Shown: positions 41,101 to 48,252 of the stretch, piece after piece
Position numbering within the stretch: the first letter of the stretch is position 1
How the letters are laid out: the number at the start of each line of letters is the position of its first letter
From: a virus
IMG/VR virus record: IMGVR_UViG_3300032073_005220
Location: 93,015-157,014 of that record
Length of the DNA stretch: 64,000 nt
Strand: one strand, 5' to 3'
Notes under the pieces: model-generated
Seen by the model: the letters and a program-made list of their open reading frames with translations, nothing else
The model's database searches: none
Told to the model about the DNA's origin: nothing
Program-made: the position numbers and the translations under genes

Positions 41101-42627
41101 CGCATCTTTCCAATATAGTCTACCCTTTTTGGTGTTAGTACTTTCTTTGTAGCTATCTTTTATTTCGCAAGCGTGTAATTGGATAGCGCAAGGTTCACCA
41201 TCTGGATTTAAACCAGGAGGCGGCGGCGGAGGAGGAGGTCCGGGTGGCGGAGGCGGAGGCGGCGGTGGTCCCGGAGGTGGAGGAGGCGGAGGCGGAGGCG
41301 GTCCCGGCGGAGGAGGTGGCGGAGGAGGAGGAGGAGGAGGTCCCGGTGGAGGTGGAGGCGGAGGAGGTGGAGGTGGCGGAGGTGGTGGAGGCGGAGGTCC
41401 AGGCGGCGGAGGTGGAGGCGGAGGTGGAGGTGGCGGAGGAGGTCCAGGCGGAGGTGGAGGCGGAGGAGGTGGAGGCGGCGGAGGTGGTGGCGGAGGTGGA
41501 GGTCCAGGCGGTGGAGGTGGCGGAGGTGGAGGTGGCGGAGGAGGTGGTGGTCCCGGAGGCGGCGGCGGAGGAGGTCCAGGTGGAGGCGGTAAAGGATTTG
41601 TATCTCCATCAGGAGGTACGGAGGGATCAAAAGGTTCAGGATGAGCAAAATCTATATCAGAACCATTATCTATATCAACAGGATTAGAAACTGTTACAGT
41701 ACCCGTATCTCTATCAACATCTGTAATCACAGTTCCTGGAGGAATATTGTTATTAGGATCGTCAGAAGTAACAGGCATTCCTGGCTGTAATCCAGTAACA
41801 TCATCAAGTTTAATTTTATTATTAGAGCCATCTGGTGCGTCTTTATCCGTATCCTCTACTGCTTTTTTTGTAACTTTATCTCCAGGCTTAGGACAAGTAT
41901 CTTCAGCAGTAGGTGGACAGATAAAAAAGTTGGTATTACCTGTAAATTGAGCGTCAACACCGATAACAAAATTTTGAGGTTTTACAACAGGAGCTAGAAC
42001 AAATGCTGATCCAGGATTGCAAACATCAAAATCTAAAATATTTCCAGACGAACCAATAGATGTTACTATTAATGTTGCATCATTACTAACCCTATTATCT
42101 GTAACAGTAAATTTATCATTAATTTCATAATTACTACCCCCATTTATTAAAGTTACAGACTGCTTAGTGATTCCGCAAGTAGCAGGAGTAGGAGTTGGAG
42201 TCTGTGTTGGAGTAGGGGTTGGTGTTGGGGTATAAGAAGGCGTAGGAGAAGGAGTTGCTGTTGGAACATCTGAACTAAGAGGGGCTCCAGAAACAGAGCA
42301 TAAATCTCCACAAATAACAGTCAAATATCTTGCTGTATGTACTAGATTTGTAGTGTTGTCTTTGAGGGTTAATTTAAATACAACATTACAGGAATTATCA
42401 GCAGTTCTTAAAGAAATAACACGAGCATGACTAGTAATGTCTATAACATCCTTGTTTGCTCTTATATTTATTACAGTAGGATTTATAAACACCCTAGTTC
42501 TTTTAGGTGTTGCTTTAATGCTTTCTATATATGCAGTATATGAGTGGCGAGGTTTTAGTCTTATGTTTTCAAAAACTAATTTAAAGCCTTCTGCGCCGCA
42601 CTGTGTAGTTATATTTAATGTTGCCAT
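38122..42627 (-). CDS. Multi-domain Pro-rich virion surface/fibre protein (1501 aa)
   Basis: ORF is open through poly-Pro, Thr-Pro and Pro-Gly tracts that link several Cys-bounded globular domains; lies in the tail operon. Confidence 0.8.
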   Translation of the reverse strand: MATLNITTQCGAEGFKLVFENIRLKPRHSYTAYIESIKATPKRTRVFINPTVINIRANKDVIDITSHARVISLRTADNSCNVVFKLTLKDNTTNLVHTARYLTVICGDLCSVSGAPLSSDVPTATPSPTPSYTPTPTPTPTQTPTPTPATCGITKQSVTLINGGSNYEINDKFTVTDNRVSNDATLIVTSIGSSGNILDFDVCNPGSAFVLAPVVKPQNFVIGVDAQFTGNTNFFICPPTAEDTCPKPGDKVTKKAVEDTDKDAPDGSNNKIKLDDVTGLQPGMPVTSDDPNNNIPPGTVITDVDRDTGTVTVSNPVDIDNGSDIDFAHPEPFDPSVPPDGDTNPLPPPPGPPPPPPPGPPPPPPPPPPPPPPPGPPPPPPPPPPPPPPPPPPPGPPPPPPPPPPPPPPGPPPPPPPPPPPPPPPPPPGPPPPPPPPPPPPGPPPPPPPPPPGPPPPPPPPPGPPPPPPPPGLNPDGEPCAIQLHACEIKDSYKESTNTKKGRLYWKDARIGVFTHIIIEASYDNGEYSRIAAFQVMNEGFILTDIYPQYSIQRYKIYLEDRYNRPYPRSDIECISNAVSFEYGPICTNKPPWEDDPEGRETAAAGPPPPPPPPPPGNPSTDTDNDPLNPDDDPPPPRPRPANSPTPTQTVTQTPTITPTATITPTITSTPTHTPTHTPTNTHTPTHTPTHTPTNTHTPSLTPSHTQTPSFTPTISLTQSQSPTHSLTPSITQSQTHTPTHTPTNTHTPTHTPTPTHTATPTNTQTPTISITPSQTYTPTPTPTNECCYFQCDYLIDNWVLSNENSDGYVDTTDEFDDPTTPYSFILYGGDSDAHEGLKGLTKFEIEVPESTLICFKWAYNTLDAERHDRAGYFVNDRYTVLSDAPENRDTGESDKGEEVAIIVFATNKFGFFVETDDNTFGRGELYISQFATTKCTTHKCELPAGGGPPPGPPPPPPPPGPGPGPGPGPGPGPGPGPGPGPGTGGPRTGEDDTFTGECVCLPIQPEEIPVSISGSPGGQQYYVFDITEENTPDIAGETDFNPLDSNQKLCLTDGKYYKFTNIPATHPMTILDGQGAFAFWIVVSGDNPTVYPLGGTVGTHTYYYPTMTVYLEPLAIDQGPPIKIPATIFSYHSAIDDFMGGFERLAYRPNQCAPTPPPSPRVDTVHSLLSHEVLSESPQEKAVVSHQSSEVFVPKKDLTRTSYHQFDVIANKGKDYIYYSNNSMDLMAESRDQRFTISAISQDFIAHEDPSNNKYINSFTITDLIFSEPSEKHLLSYDLIGVFKTEPEERLHSQHKNLEVFAGQNTEILHNTLTDVETLSTHTGEILAGSYIDLSVFNHLPPAIKRLNDSAIYMDVHISKPKEGIGNISTSFIDMFNYDLRQKKANISYSYIDMFNYNYLNLAATPDHTTIINNSLENRDIFIGRTASSVVHEGLDDVDVLQGRIEDIDVAEDSLYMIESLLNDPYKLNISAILLDIMTRQADPSDEFNILVIPTRYIIP
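39678..39790 (-). repeat. Coding (Pro-Gly)n repeat preceded by a short poly-Pro tract
   Basis: ccgggacctggg/cctgga hexamer-type repeats encoding PPPGPPPPPPPPGPGPGPGPGPGPGPGPGPGPGPG. Confidence 0.9.
40276..40698 (-). repeat. Coding mucin-like (T/S)-X-T-P repeat tract, about 140 aa
   Basis: TPTHTPTHTPTNTHTP... degenerate 12-nt periodicity. Confidence 0.9.
41212..41589 (-). repeat. Coding poly-proline tract: 116 Pro in ten runs separated by single Gly
   Basis: Counted from the DNA: runs of 4, 7, 15, 19, 14, 18, 12, 10, 9 and 8 Pro, each followed by Gly; (NGG)n on the + strand. Confidence 0.95.
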
Positions 42628-42648
42628 ATTCCTTTATTATAAAAATTC

Positions 42649-44967
42649 CTATTTTTGCCACCACCACTGATTTTTGCTTATATTTCTCTCTGCTGTTTTT
42701 TTGTTAATTTTGTCTATAATTTTTTCTATGTCCTCTTGATAGATATTGTAATCTTGGGTGTCTGTTGACGACGGAGTAAATCCTGAATCGTCACTAGAAA
42801 CGTTATCATCAAGATCTTCTCCTATACCAGACTCATCTAGTCCGCTACCGCTACCAGAACCTGCATCTACGTCTCCAATTATAGAAGGAGGCTTCTGTAA
42901 AATATCTCCACAAGCTTCGTAGGTAGCATCAAAATATATACATTTACTGGGTGCTCCCTTTAAACTAAATTTAGCCAAGTCATTATTCAACGATCCAGAA
43001 ACGCCATACTCACTATAAAATTCATCATAAACAATAGCCCCAGTACCTACAATGCCTGTATCATACAAATTATCTACAGCAGTACCCGTAACATAAGCTA
43101 GTCCACTAGCTTGAGCTTGGTTGCTATTAGAAGGCCAACCAGCGCTAGGGTTGGGAATTACTCTTATAATATTAGGCTCGCTAGAGGTCTTATATCCCAA
43201 TTGTTTATGAGAATTACCATTAACAGCACAATAATAGTAAAGATCTGGAGCTCCAACAGGAACTACAATCTCTAATTGATTACTGGTAATAGTTACTCCT
43301 GTAGTATAATCATAACTACTATCTACAGTGCCAGCTACTCTTCCATCCGGTATAGTAGATAATCTAAAAACGTGTGTACCAATACTAGTATCACTCAAAT
43401 CAAACTGATAGGTATTTCCTTCGTACAAAGTTACGGAAGAGTTATAACTACCATCTATTTCAAATCTTGTACCAGCGGGAGTACTGTTATTCAAAGTAAC
43501 AGTTTTTGTAATGGTCTGTGTGGTCGCATTTACTCCACTGTTCTTTTTGCTTTGAGCAACTTGTCCTAGAATACCACAAACCTGAGGACTAGAAAAACTT
43601 GTTCCCCAACCAGCATTCATGCCAGAAACATTATCAACATAAGCCCCAGCACTATTCTGATTAAATGTAGCTCCTACCACGGCCGCTCCGGGGGCAAAAA
43701 TTGTAATGCCAGAACCGCAAACACTCCATTTGGATTTATAATTGTGATTACTAATAGATCCTACTGATATTGTTTCGTTAGTAACAGGGGTACTATCATC
43801 TTGTTCATTTTTAATAGATGCTGGAGTAGACGGTCTATTATAGTAATAACCGGATGGTGTGCCGCCATTAAATATTACCCTGTTGTTATAATTAGCTCCT
43901 CCGGGAAGATCAAGCTCAAAGCCAGAATTACCTCCAGCAGCAACCACTATCATACCACTTGCAATAAATTCGTCTATTACATCATTAGCAGCAACGTCTA
44001 TGGCTGGTATATGAGCTAATTCAATAGCTCCTTCTTTATAGTCGGGATCGCTTCCTCCTGTATACAATTGTCGTATAGCAAAACCTTTACTAGTATACCA
44101 ATTACAAAAATCTGCAAGACCTGAAACTTTTTGTTCTTTAGTATAAGAAGAAAAATTAGGATGTTCAGTATTAAAAACAGGTTTAGTATATTTGGTGCCT
44201 TGATGATATATCCCACTAACAATGGCAGAACTTTGATTTCTAACACTCCAACCAAAACTACAATTGACTATAGTAGGTCTATCGCCAGATTTAGATACAT
44301 GCCAATTTAAAATTTCTTGAGCATTATCAACAAAATCATAAAGATTAGTAGTAATAATTCTAGCATCACGAGACCAACCTTGAGTTTTGCCAGCAGCAAC
44401 AGAACCAACCAATGTGCCATGATTGTTTTGCAAGTAAGAGTCATTCGTGTTGTCTAAATTTTTAAACCTAAATACTCTACTATTATCATTGGTATTTGGA
44501 AATATATCTAAGAAACTATCTTCAGGAAAATTAGGATCAGAATCAGCTATAAACTCTGAGTGGTTTGGAGCTACAATACTGTCTATAATAACTATGTCTA
44601 TGTCTGGAGTAGGAGGAATTGTTATTGTGGCGTATTGATTTCCATAATACCTGGAATCTTGAGACAAAACATTAAAATGAAAACTAGGAGGCTCGTCATC
44701 TAATGGCTGGTCTATATCAAAAAGAGTTGGAAGAATATTCGGGTCTACTTTTACTATTTTTTTAATTCTTGGGTCTTTACTCAAAGAGTTTACTTCTGAT
44801 TCAGATAGCTCATACCTCAAAATTCGACTTTTAGGATCTGCAACAATAGAACGGCAAGATCTTTGTGGTATCACAGAATTTTGCAACTGCACCTGAGATT
44901 GCATTTCTCTTATGAAAGCGTCTTTGTCTTTGTACTGTTTTAAGATTATATTATATTGTATGTCCAT
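42649..44967 (-). CDS. Subtilisin-like serine protease (peptidase S8) with prodomain
   Basis: Catalytic Asp DIVIIDS, His HGTLVGSVAAG, oxyanion AAGGNSG, Ser GTSFSSPQVCG; IVNCSFG; IFAPG; N-terminal I9-like segment (LSKDPRIKKI). Confidence 0.9.
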   Translation of the reverse strand: MDIQYNIILKQYKDKDAFIREMQSQVQLQNSVIPQRSCRSIVADPKSRILRYELSESEVNSLSKDPRIKKIVKVDPNILPTLFDIDQPLDDEPPSFHFNVLSQDSRYYGNQYATITIPPTPDIDIVIIDSIVAPNHSEFIADSDPNFPEDSFLDIFPNTNDNSRVFRFKNLDNTNDSYLQNNHGTLVGSVAAGKTQGWSRDARIITTNLYDFVDNAQEILNWHVSKSGDRPTIVNCSFGWSVRNQSSAIVSGIYHQGTKYTKPVFNTEHPNFSSYTKEQKVSGLADFCNWYTSKGFAIRQLYTGGSDPDYKEGAIELAHIPAIDVAANDVIDEFIASGMIVVAAGGNSGFELDLPGGANYNNRVIFNGGTPSGYYYNRPSTPASIKNEQDDSTPVTNETISVGSISNHNYKSKWSVCGSGITIFAPGAAVVGATFNQNSAGAYVDNVSGMNAGWGTSFSSPQVCGILGQVAQSKKNSGVNATTQTITKTVTLNNSTPAGTRFEIDGSYNSSVTLYEGNTYQFDLSDTSIGTHVFRLSTIPDGRVAGTVDSSYDYTTGVTITSNQLEIVVPVGAPDLYYYCAVNGNSHKQLGYKTSSEPNIIRVIPNPSAGWPSNSNQAQASGLAYVTGTAVDNLYDTGIVGTGAIVYDEFYSEYGVSGSLNNDLAKFSLKGAPSKCIYFDATYEACGDILQKPPSIIGDVDAGSGSGSGLDESGIGEDLDDNVSSDDSGFTPSSTDTQDYNIYQEDIEKIIDKINKKTAERNISKNQWWWQK

Positions 44968-44973
44968 AAAAAA

Positions 44974-45591
44974 TTATCCGTATTGAGAAACTATTCTGAA
45001 TAAACCCCAGTTCTTATATTCTTGATATTGAGTACTATCACTCTCAATAGTCACTGCATTATTATAATTATCATAAGAATTTGAGCAAACTAAAGATGGG
45101 CTAGGAGTAGGAGTCATAGTGTGTGTTGGCGTCACTGTTGGCGTAGGAGTAAGAGTAGCCGTAACGCTAGGAGTAGGAGTAGGAAATCTAGAGGCTACAA
45201 ATTCAAATCTTGGCTTTCCATCCTCAGTGCATGTGTCACCGCATTGTATAACACCAATATTCTCATAGATAAATCTACTAGAACTATCATAAACTCTAAC
45301 GCCTATAACATTCTTAGTACTATTATCATAATTAAAATTAGTAACAGATCTAAAAAAAGTGGATACGGTATGATTATTGCTTTGTTCTACAGGAGTAATT
45401 GTATAAGTTTGTGGTTTAAATTCAATAATAGGAGATGAAGGTATTGTGCTATACCAATCAAAAAACACTGTATATGTTTGATGTGGACGCATAGGTACGC
45501 CACTGAAATTAATTAGGACGCCTTCATTACAACAATGAGCATTAGCAAAGTTAAATTCTTGTGGTCTATTAGTATTTTTGCTATAAGGCAT
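44974..45591 (-). CDS. Small virion protein with Cys-bounded domain and Pro-Thr linker
   Basis: HCCNEG...IQCGDTC domain followed by PTPTPSVTATLTPTPTVTPTHTMTPTPSP. Confidence 0.75.
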   Translation of the reverse strand: MPYSKNTNRPQEFNFANAHCCNEGVLINFSGVPMRPHQTYTVFFDWYSTIPSSPIIEFKPQTYTITPVEQSNNHTVSTFFRSVTNFNYDNSTKNVIGVRVYDSSSRFIYENIGVIQCGDTCTEDGKPRFEFVASRFPTPTPSVTATLTPTPTVTPTHTMTPTPSPSLVCSNSYDNYNNAVTIESDSTQYQEYKNWGLFRIVSQYG

Positions 45592-45609
45592 TATCTATTC
45601 CTAAATATC

Positions 45610-46149
45610 TTAAGTAGTTGTAGTTGTAGTGCCACAATCAGCACAGGCTATAGGAATCATTGTTTCAGCTATGACAACACTATTTTTCAAAACACTAAAT
45701 TTAAGCAAGGCATTTTTCTGAGTTTCGAATATATAAGTACTAATACTAACTGTTCTAGTAGAAGAATCCTCTGGGAATAATGTACCCTCTACTAAAGAAA
45801 AACTAGTAGATAAGTAATCAAAATAAACAAGGCTGTCCGTTATGGTATCTGTAATTCTAAAAGTATATGCATTACTAGCCAATAGATTATTTACAGTAAT
45901 AGTAAGAACGTCTCCATTGCAGCAAAATGTGGATACGTCTTCATGACTAATTACAGGAGCAAAACTATTGACATCATTACCAGGATTACAATCGTCTATA
46001 GCAACAGACATAAATTTTATAACTTTACCATCTGCTCTTTTGCTATACAAAATACCTGTTTTAGCATTAATAGCTAATTCTCCTATTTCTAATTGATCCG
46101 CCGCAGGGGGGTTGTTTGTTGCGGTTTCTCTTTTAAGTATATATTTCAT
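45610..46149 (-). CDS. Small tail-fibre-type protein (Mtd_N/hyaluronidase-like N-terminal motif plus Cys-bounded domain)
   Basis: LKR.....P....LEIGELAINAKTGILYSK is a common phage fibre N-terminal motif; FCCNGD...IACADC. Confidence 0.7.
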   Translation of the reverse strand: MKYILKRETATNNPPAADQLEIGELAINAKTGILYSKRADGKVIKFMSVAIDDCNPGNDVNSFAPVISHEDVSTFCCNGDVLTITVNNLLASNAYTFRITDTITDSLVYFDYLSTSFSLVEGTLFPEDSSTRTVSISTYIFETQKNALLKFSVLKNSVVIAETMIPIACADCGTTTTTT

Positions 46150-46160
46150 TTCTTAAACCC

Positions 46161-48242
46161 TTAAGTATTTGTATCGTGATTTCCGTCACTATTAAGTGTA
46201 ACCCAAGTAATTTGTTTGTAATTTGCATTGTAACCATTTGTGCTAGTCGTTGAGTTATCTCCAACATATTGATGTATTCTCTTACCGTTAACTAATACAT
46301 GATGTTGACTATTTAGGGTAAACGTAGCACCAGTTGGGACAGGAGCATGCGCTCCAGTATATGATCCTTCGTAGTAATCAATTTCAGAATTGATAGGCAT
46401 GTAATAGATTGTTCCATAATGGGTGAATGTGTTGAAAACATTACTGTCATTAGAAGCATGTCCTTCTGCTCCAGCCTGTGTTGTGTATAAAGGATAATTT
46501 CCACTAATAGCAAATGGTTCTGTTCCTGCTAACTGTTGAGCAGTGAAATATGGTTTTACTTGAACCTTAAGAGGACTTGTTGAGTAAATATAAGGGAAGA
46601 AACTAACAGTGTCTGCGTCTAGTGTAGCTGGTGAAACACCTGATTGTACATAAACAGTACGATTAGCTGCTGTGGAATTACCAATTGGCATGGCGTTTTG
46701 AATTTGTAAATATTCTTTATCGTTACTATCTAAGTGAAGAGTAGCAATAAGAGTGTTAAGTTCACAACTTCCGCCACTGCCACTACCACTACTATCATCT
46801 ATTGGGCAGTAATTGATAGGCGTTGGAGTTGGAGTTGGTGTTGGAGTTAAAGTAGGAGCAGGACCATATTCATAAATACAATCACTAGGAACTCCTGTAA
46901 AAGAAATTATACCAGCATCCATAACTAGCTTAGGCATAGTCACAGAACCAGTAATGTTAACTAATGGACTGTTAATAAGAACACCAGTATTAGACAACAT
47001 TAAACTAGTATTATCTAAATTTACATTAAAAGCATCATGCTGTAAAGATACTCTGTCTACAAGAGTACCACTTTTACCTACTGAAAATATAAGTTGTCCA
47101 GAAGTAGAAGTAGCTTGGGTATTATCAAGCACAACACTCTTAATCTGGGCTAATTGAGCAGTAGAGCTTGTATTATCTCTTGCGTTAAAATCAATTGTAT
47201 TGCAGATAGTGCCCGTGGCTGGAAGTATTGAAGGTCTATGATATAAGTTAATATTTGCTGTAGTATTAGCATTTCTATTTTCTACCTTGATTACTCCTTC
47301 TGTGCAATTTTCTACATTAACTAAATGTAAAGGAGTGCTAGGTGTGTCTAAAGGAGCAATATTAATACCAAATCTACCTGTATCGCCAGCCCAATAAATA
47401 TTTTTTTGACCACTACCATAAACTATAAAATCAGCATGAGTATATGTTTTATTAAATATTGTATTATTGCCAGTAGTAGAAATAACAGAATAAGCATTAC
47501 TTTCTCCACTAGCTCCTAATAGCAGATTGTCTGTAGCTGTGTCATAGAAAACACCAGAAGAAAAGAATCCGTTTGCTCCATTAGAATATTGTAAAGCTCC
47601 TGAGACTCCTGCTGAATCTGACTGTATGGAAAAATTAGTGTTTTGTTGAGATGCTCCAGAAGAATCTACAAGCACATGCCAGTTACTACCATCAGAAACA
47701 ATTTTAGTATAAGATTTATTTGTAGATAAAAAGTCAACTACATTATTTTCTGATAGAATATATGCGGAACAAGAGTCTTGTATATTTTTGATTTCAACAA
47801 CAACACTTTCTGAAGTTGAAGCAGAAGGCAGGTTGATATTGACTGTTTCATTATCAGAATCTAAAATGTGAATACTAGTAACAGGATCAATAGAAAAACT
47901 ATCTTGATGAACTATTACATTATTAAAACCAGTGTTGTAATTCTGTGCATTTGGGATTATATAAAAAGTACAATCATAACCCTTAAAATTTAAAGACTTA
48001 CCATTAGAAGAAGATATTAATCTATCTCTACTAATCATAAGACCCTTATCTGTAATAATAGTACCAACACCCATTTCCCATACAGTATTTTTACTGTTAG
48101 ATCCTTTAATCATGTAACTAACAAGTTTATTATTATCACTAGCTTTTAGTGAATTACCTAAACTCTTGGATAACATAATATTATCTTTATCAACAACGCA
48201 AGAATATTGTACGCTGTCAATAAAATGTATACTATTATTCAT
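46161..48242 (-). CDS. Putative tail fibre protein (693 aa)
   Basis: WEMGVGT...RDRLISSSNG; INLPSA...VSDGSNW; GALQYSNG; GRFGIN...PSTPLHL fibre motifs; PT linker; immediately downstream of the tape-measure gene. Confidence 0.7.
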   Translation of the reverse strand: MNNSIHFIDSVQYSCVVDKDNIMLSKSLGNSLKASDNNKLVSYMIKGSNSKNTVWEMGVGTIITDKGLMISRDRLISSSNGKSLNFKGYDCTFYIIPNAQNYNTGFNNVIVHQDSFSIDPVTSIHILDSDNETVNINLPSASTSESVVVEIKNIQDSCSAYILSENNVVDFLSTNKSYTKIVSDGSNWHVLVDSSGASQQNTNFSIQSDSAGVSGALQYSNGANGFFSSGVFYDTATDNLLLGASGESNAYSVISTTGNNTIFNKTYTHADFIVYGSGQKNIYWAGDTGRFGINIAPLDTPSTPLHLVNVENCTEGVIKVENRNANTTANINLYHRPSILPATGTICNTIDFNARDNTSSTAQLAQIKSVVLDNTQATSTSGQLIFSVGKSGTLVDRVSLQHDAFNVNLDNTSLMLSNTGVLINSPLVNITGSVTMPKLVMDAGIISFTGVPSDCIYEYGPAPTLTPTPTPTPTPINYCPIDDSSGSGSGGSCELNTLIATLHLDSNDKEYLQIQNAMPIGNSTAANRTVYVQSGVSPATLDADTVSFFPYIYSTSPLKVQVKPYFTAQQLAGTEPFAISGNYPLYTTQAGAEGHASNDSNVFNTFTHYGTIYYMPINSEIDYYEGSYTGAHAPVPTGATFTLNSQHHVLVNGKRIHQYVGDNSTTSTNGYNANYKQITWVTLNSDGNHDTNT

Positions 48243-48252
48243 AATTTAATTA

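Noticed and set aside
41212-41589. G-quadruplex function of the (NGG)n + strand
   Set aside because: Mostly GG doublets, fully explained by Pro codons; no independent evidence.
41208-41687. Alternative-frame ORFs (Leu/Arg/His-rich on -, Glu/Ala/Val-rich on +) over the poly-Pro tract
   Set aside because: These are shadows of a stop-free (CCN)n repeat with no independent start signals.
34601-46149. Diversity-generating retroelement acting on fibre genes (prompted by the Mtd_N-like motif and paralogous tips)
   Set aside because: No reverse transcriptase and no near-identical TR/VR nucleotide repeat pair differing at adenines seen in the window.
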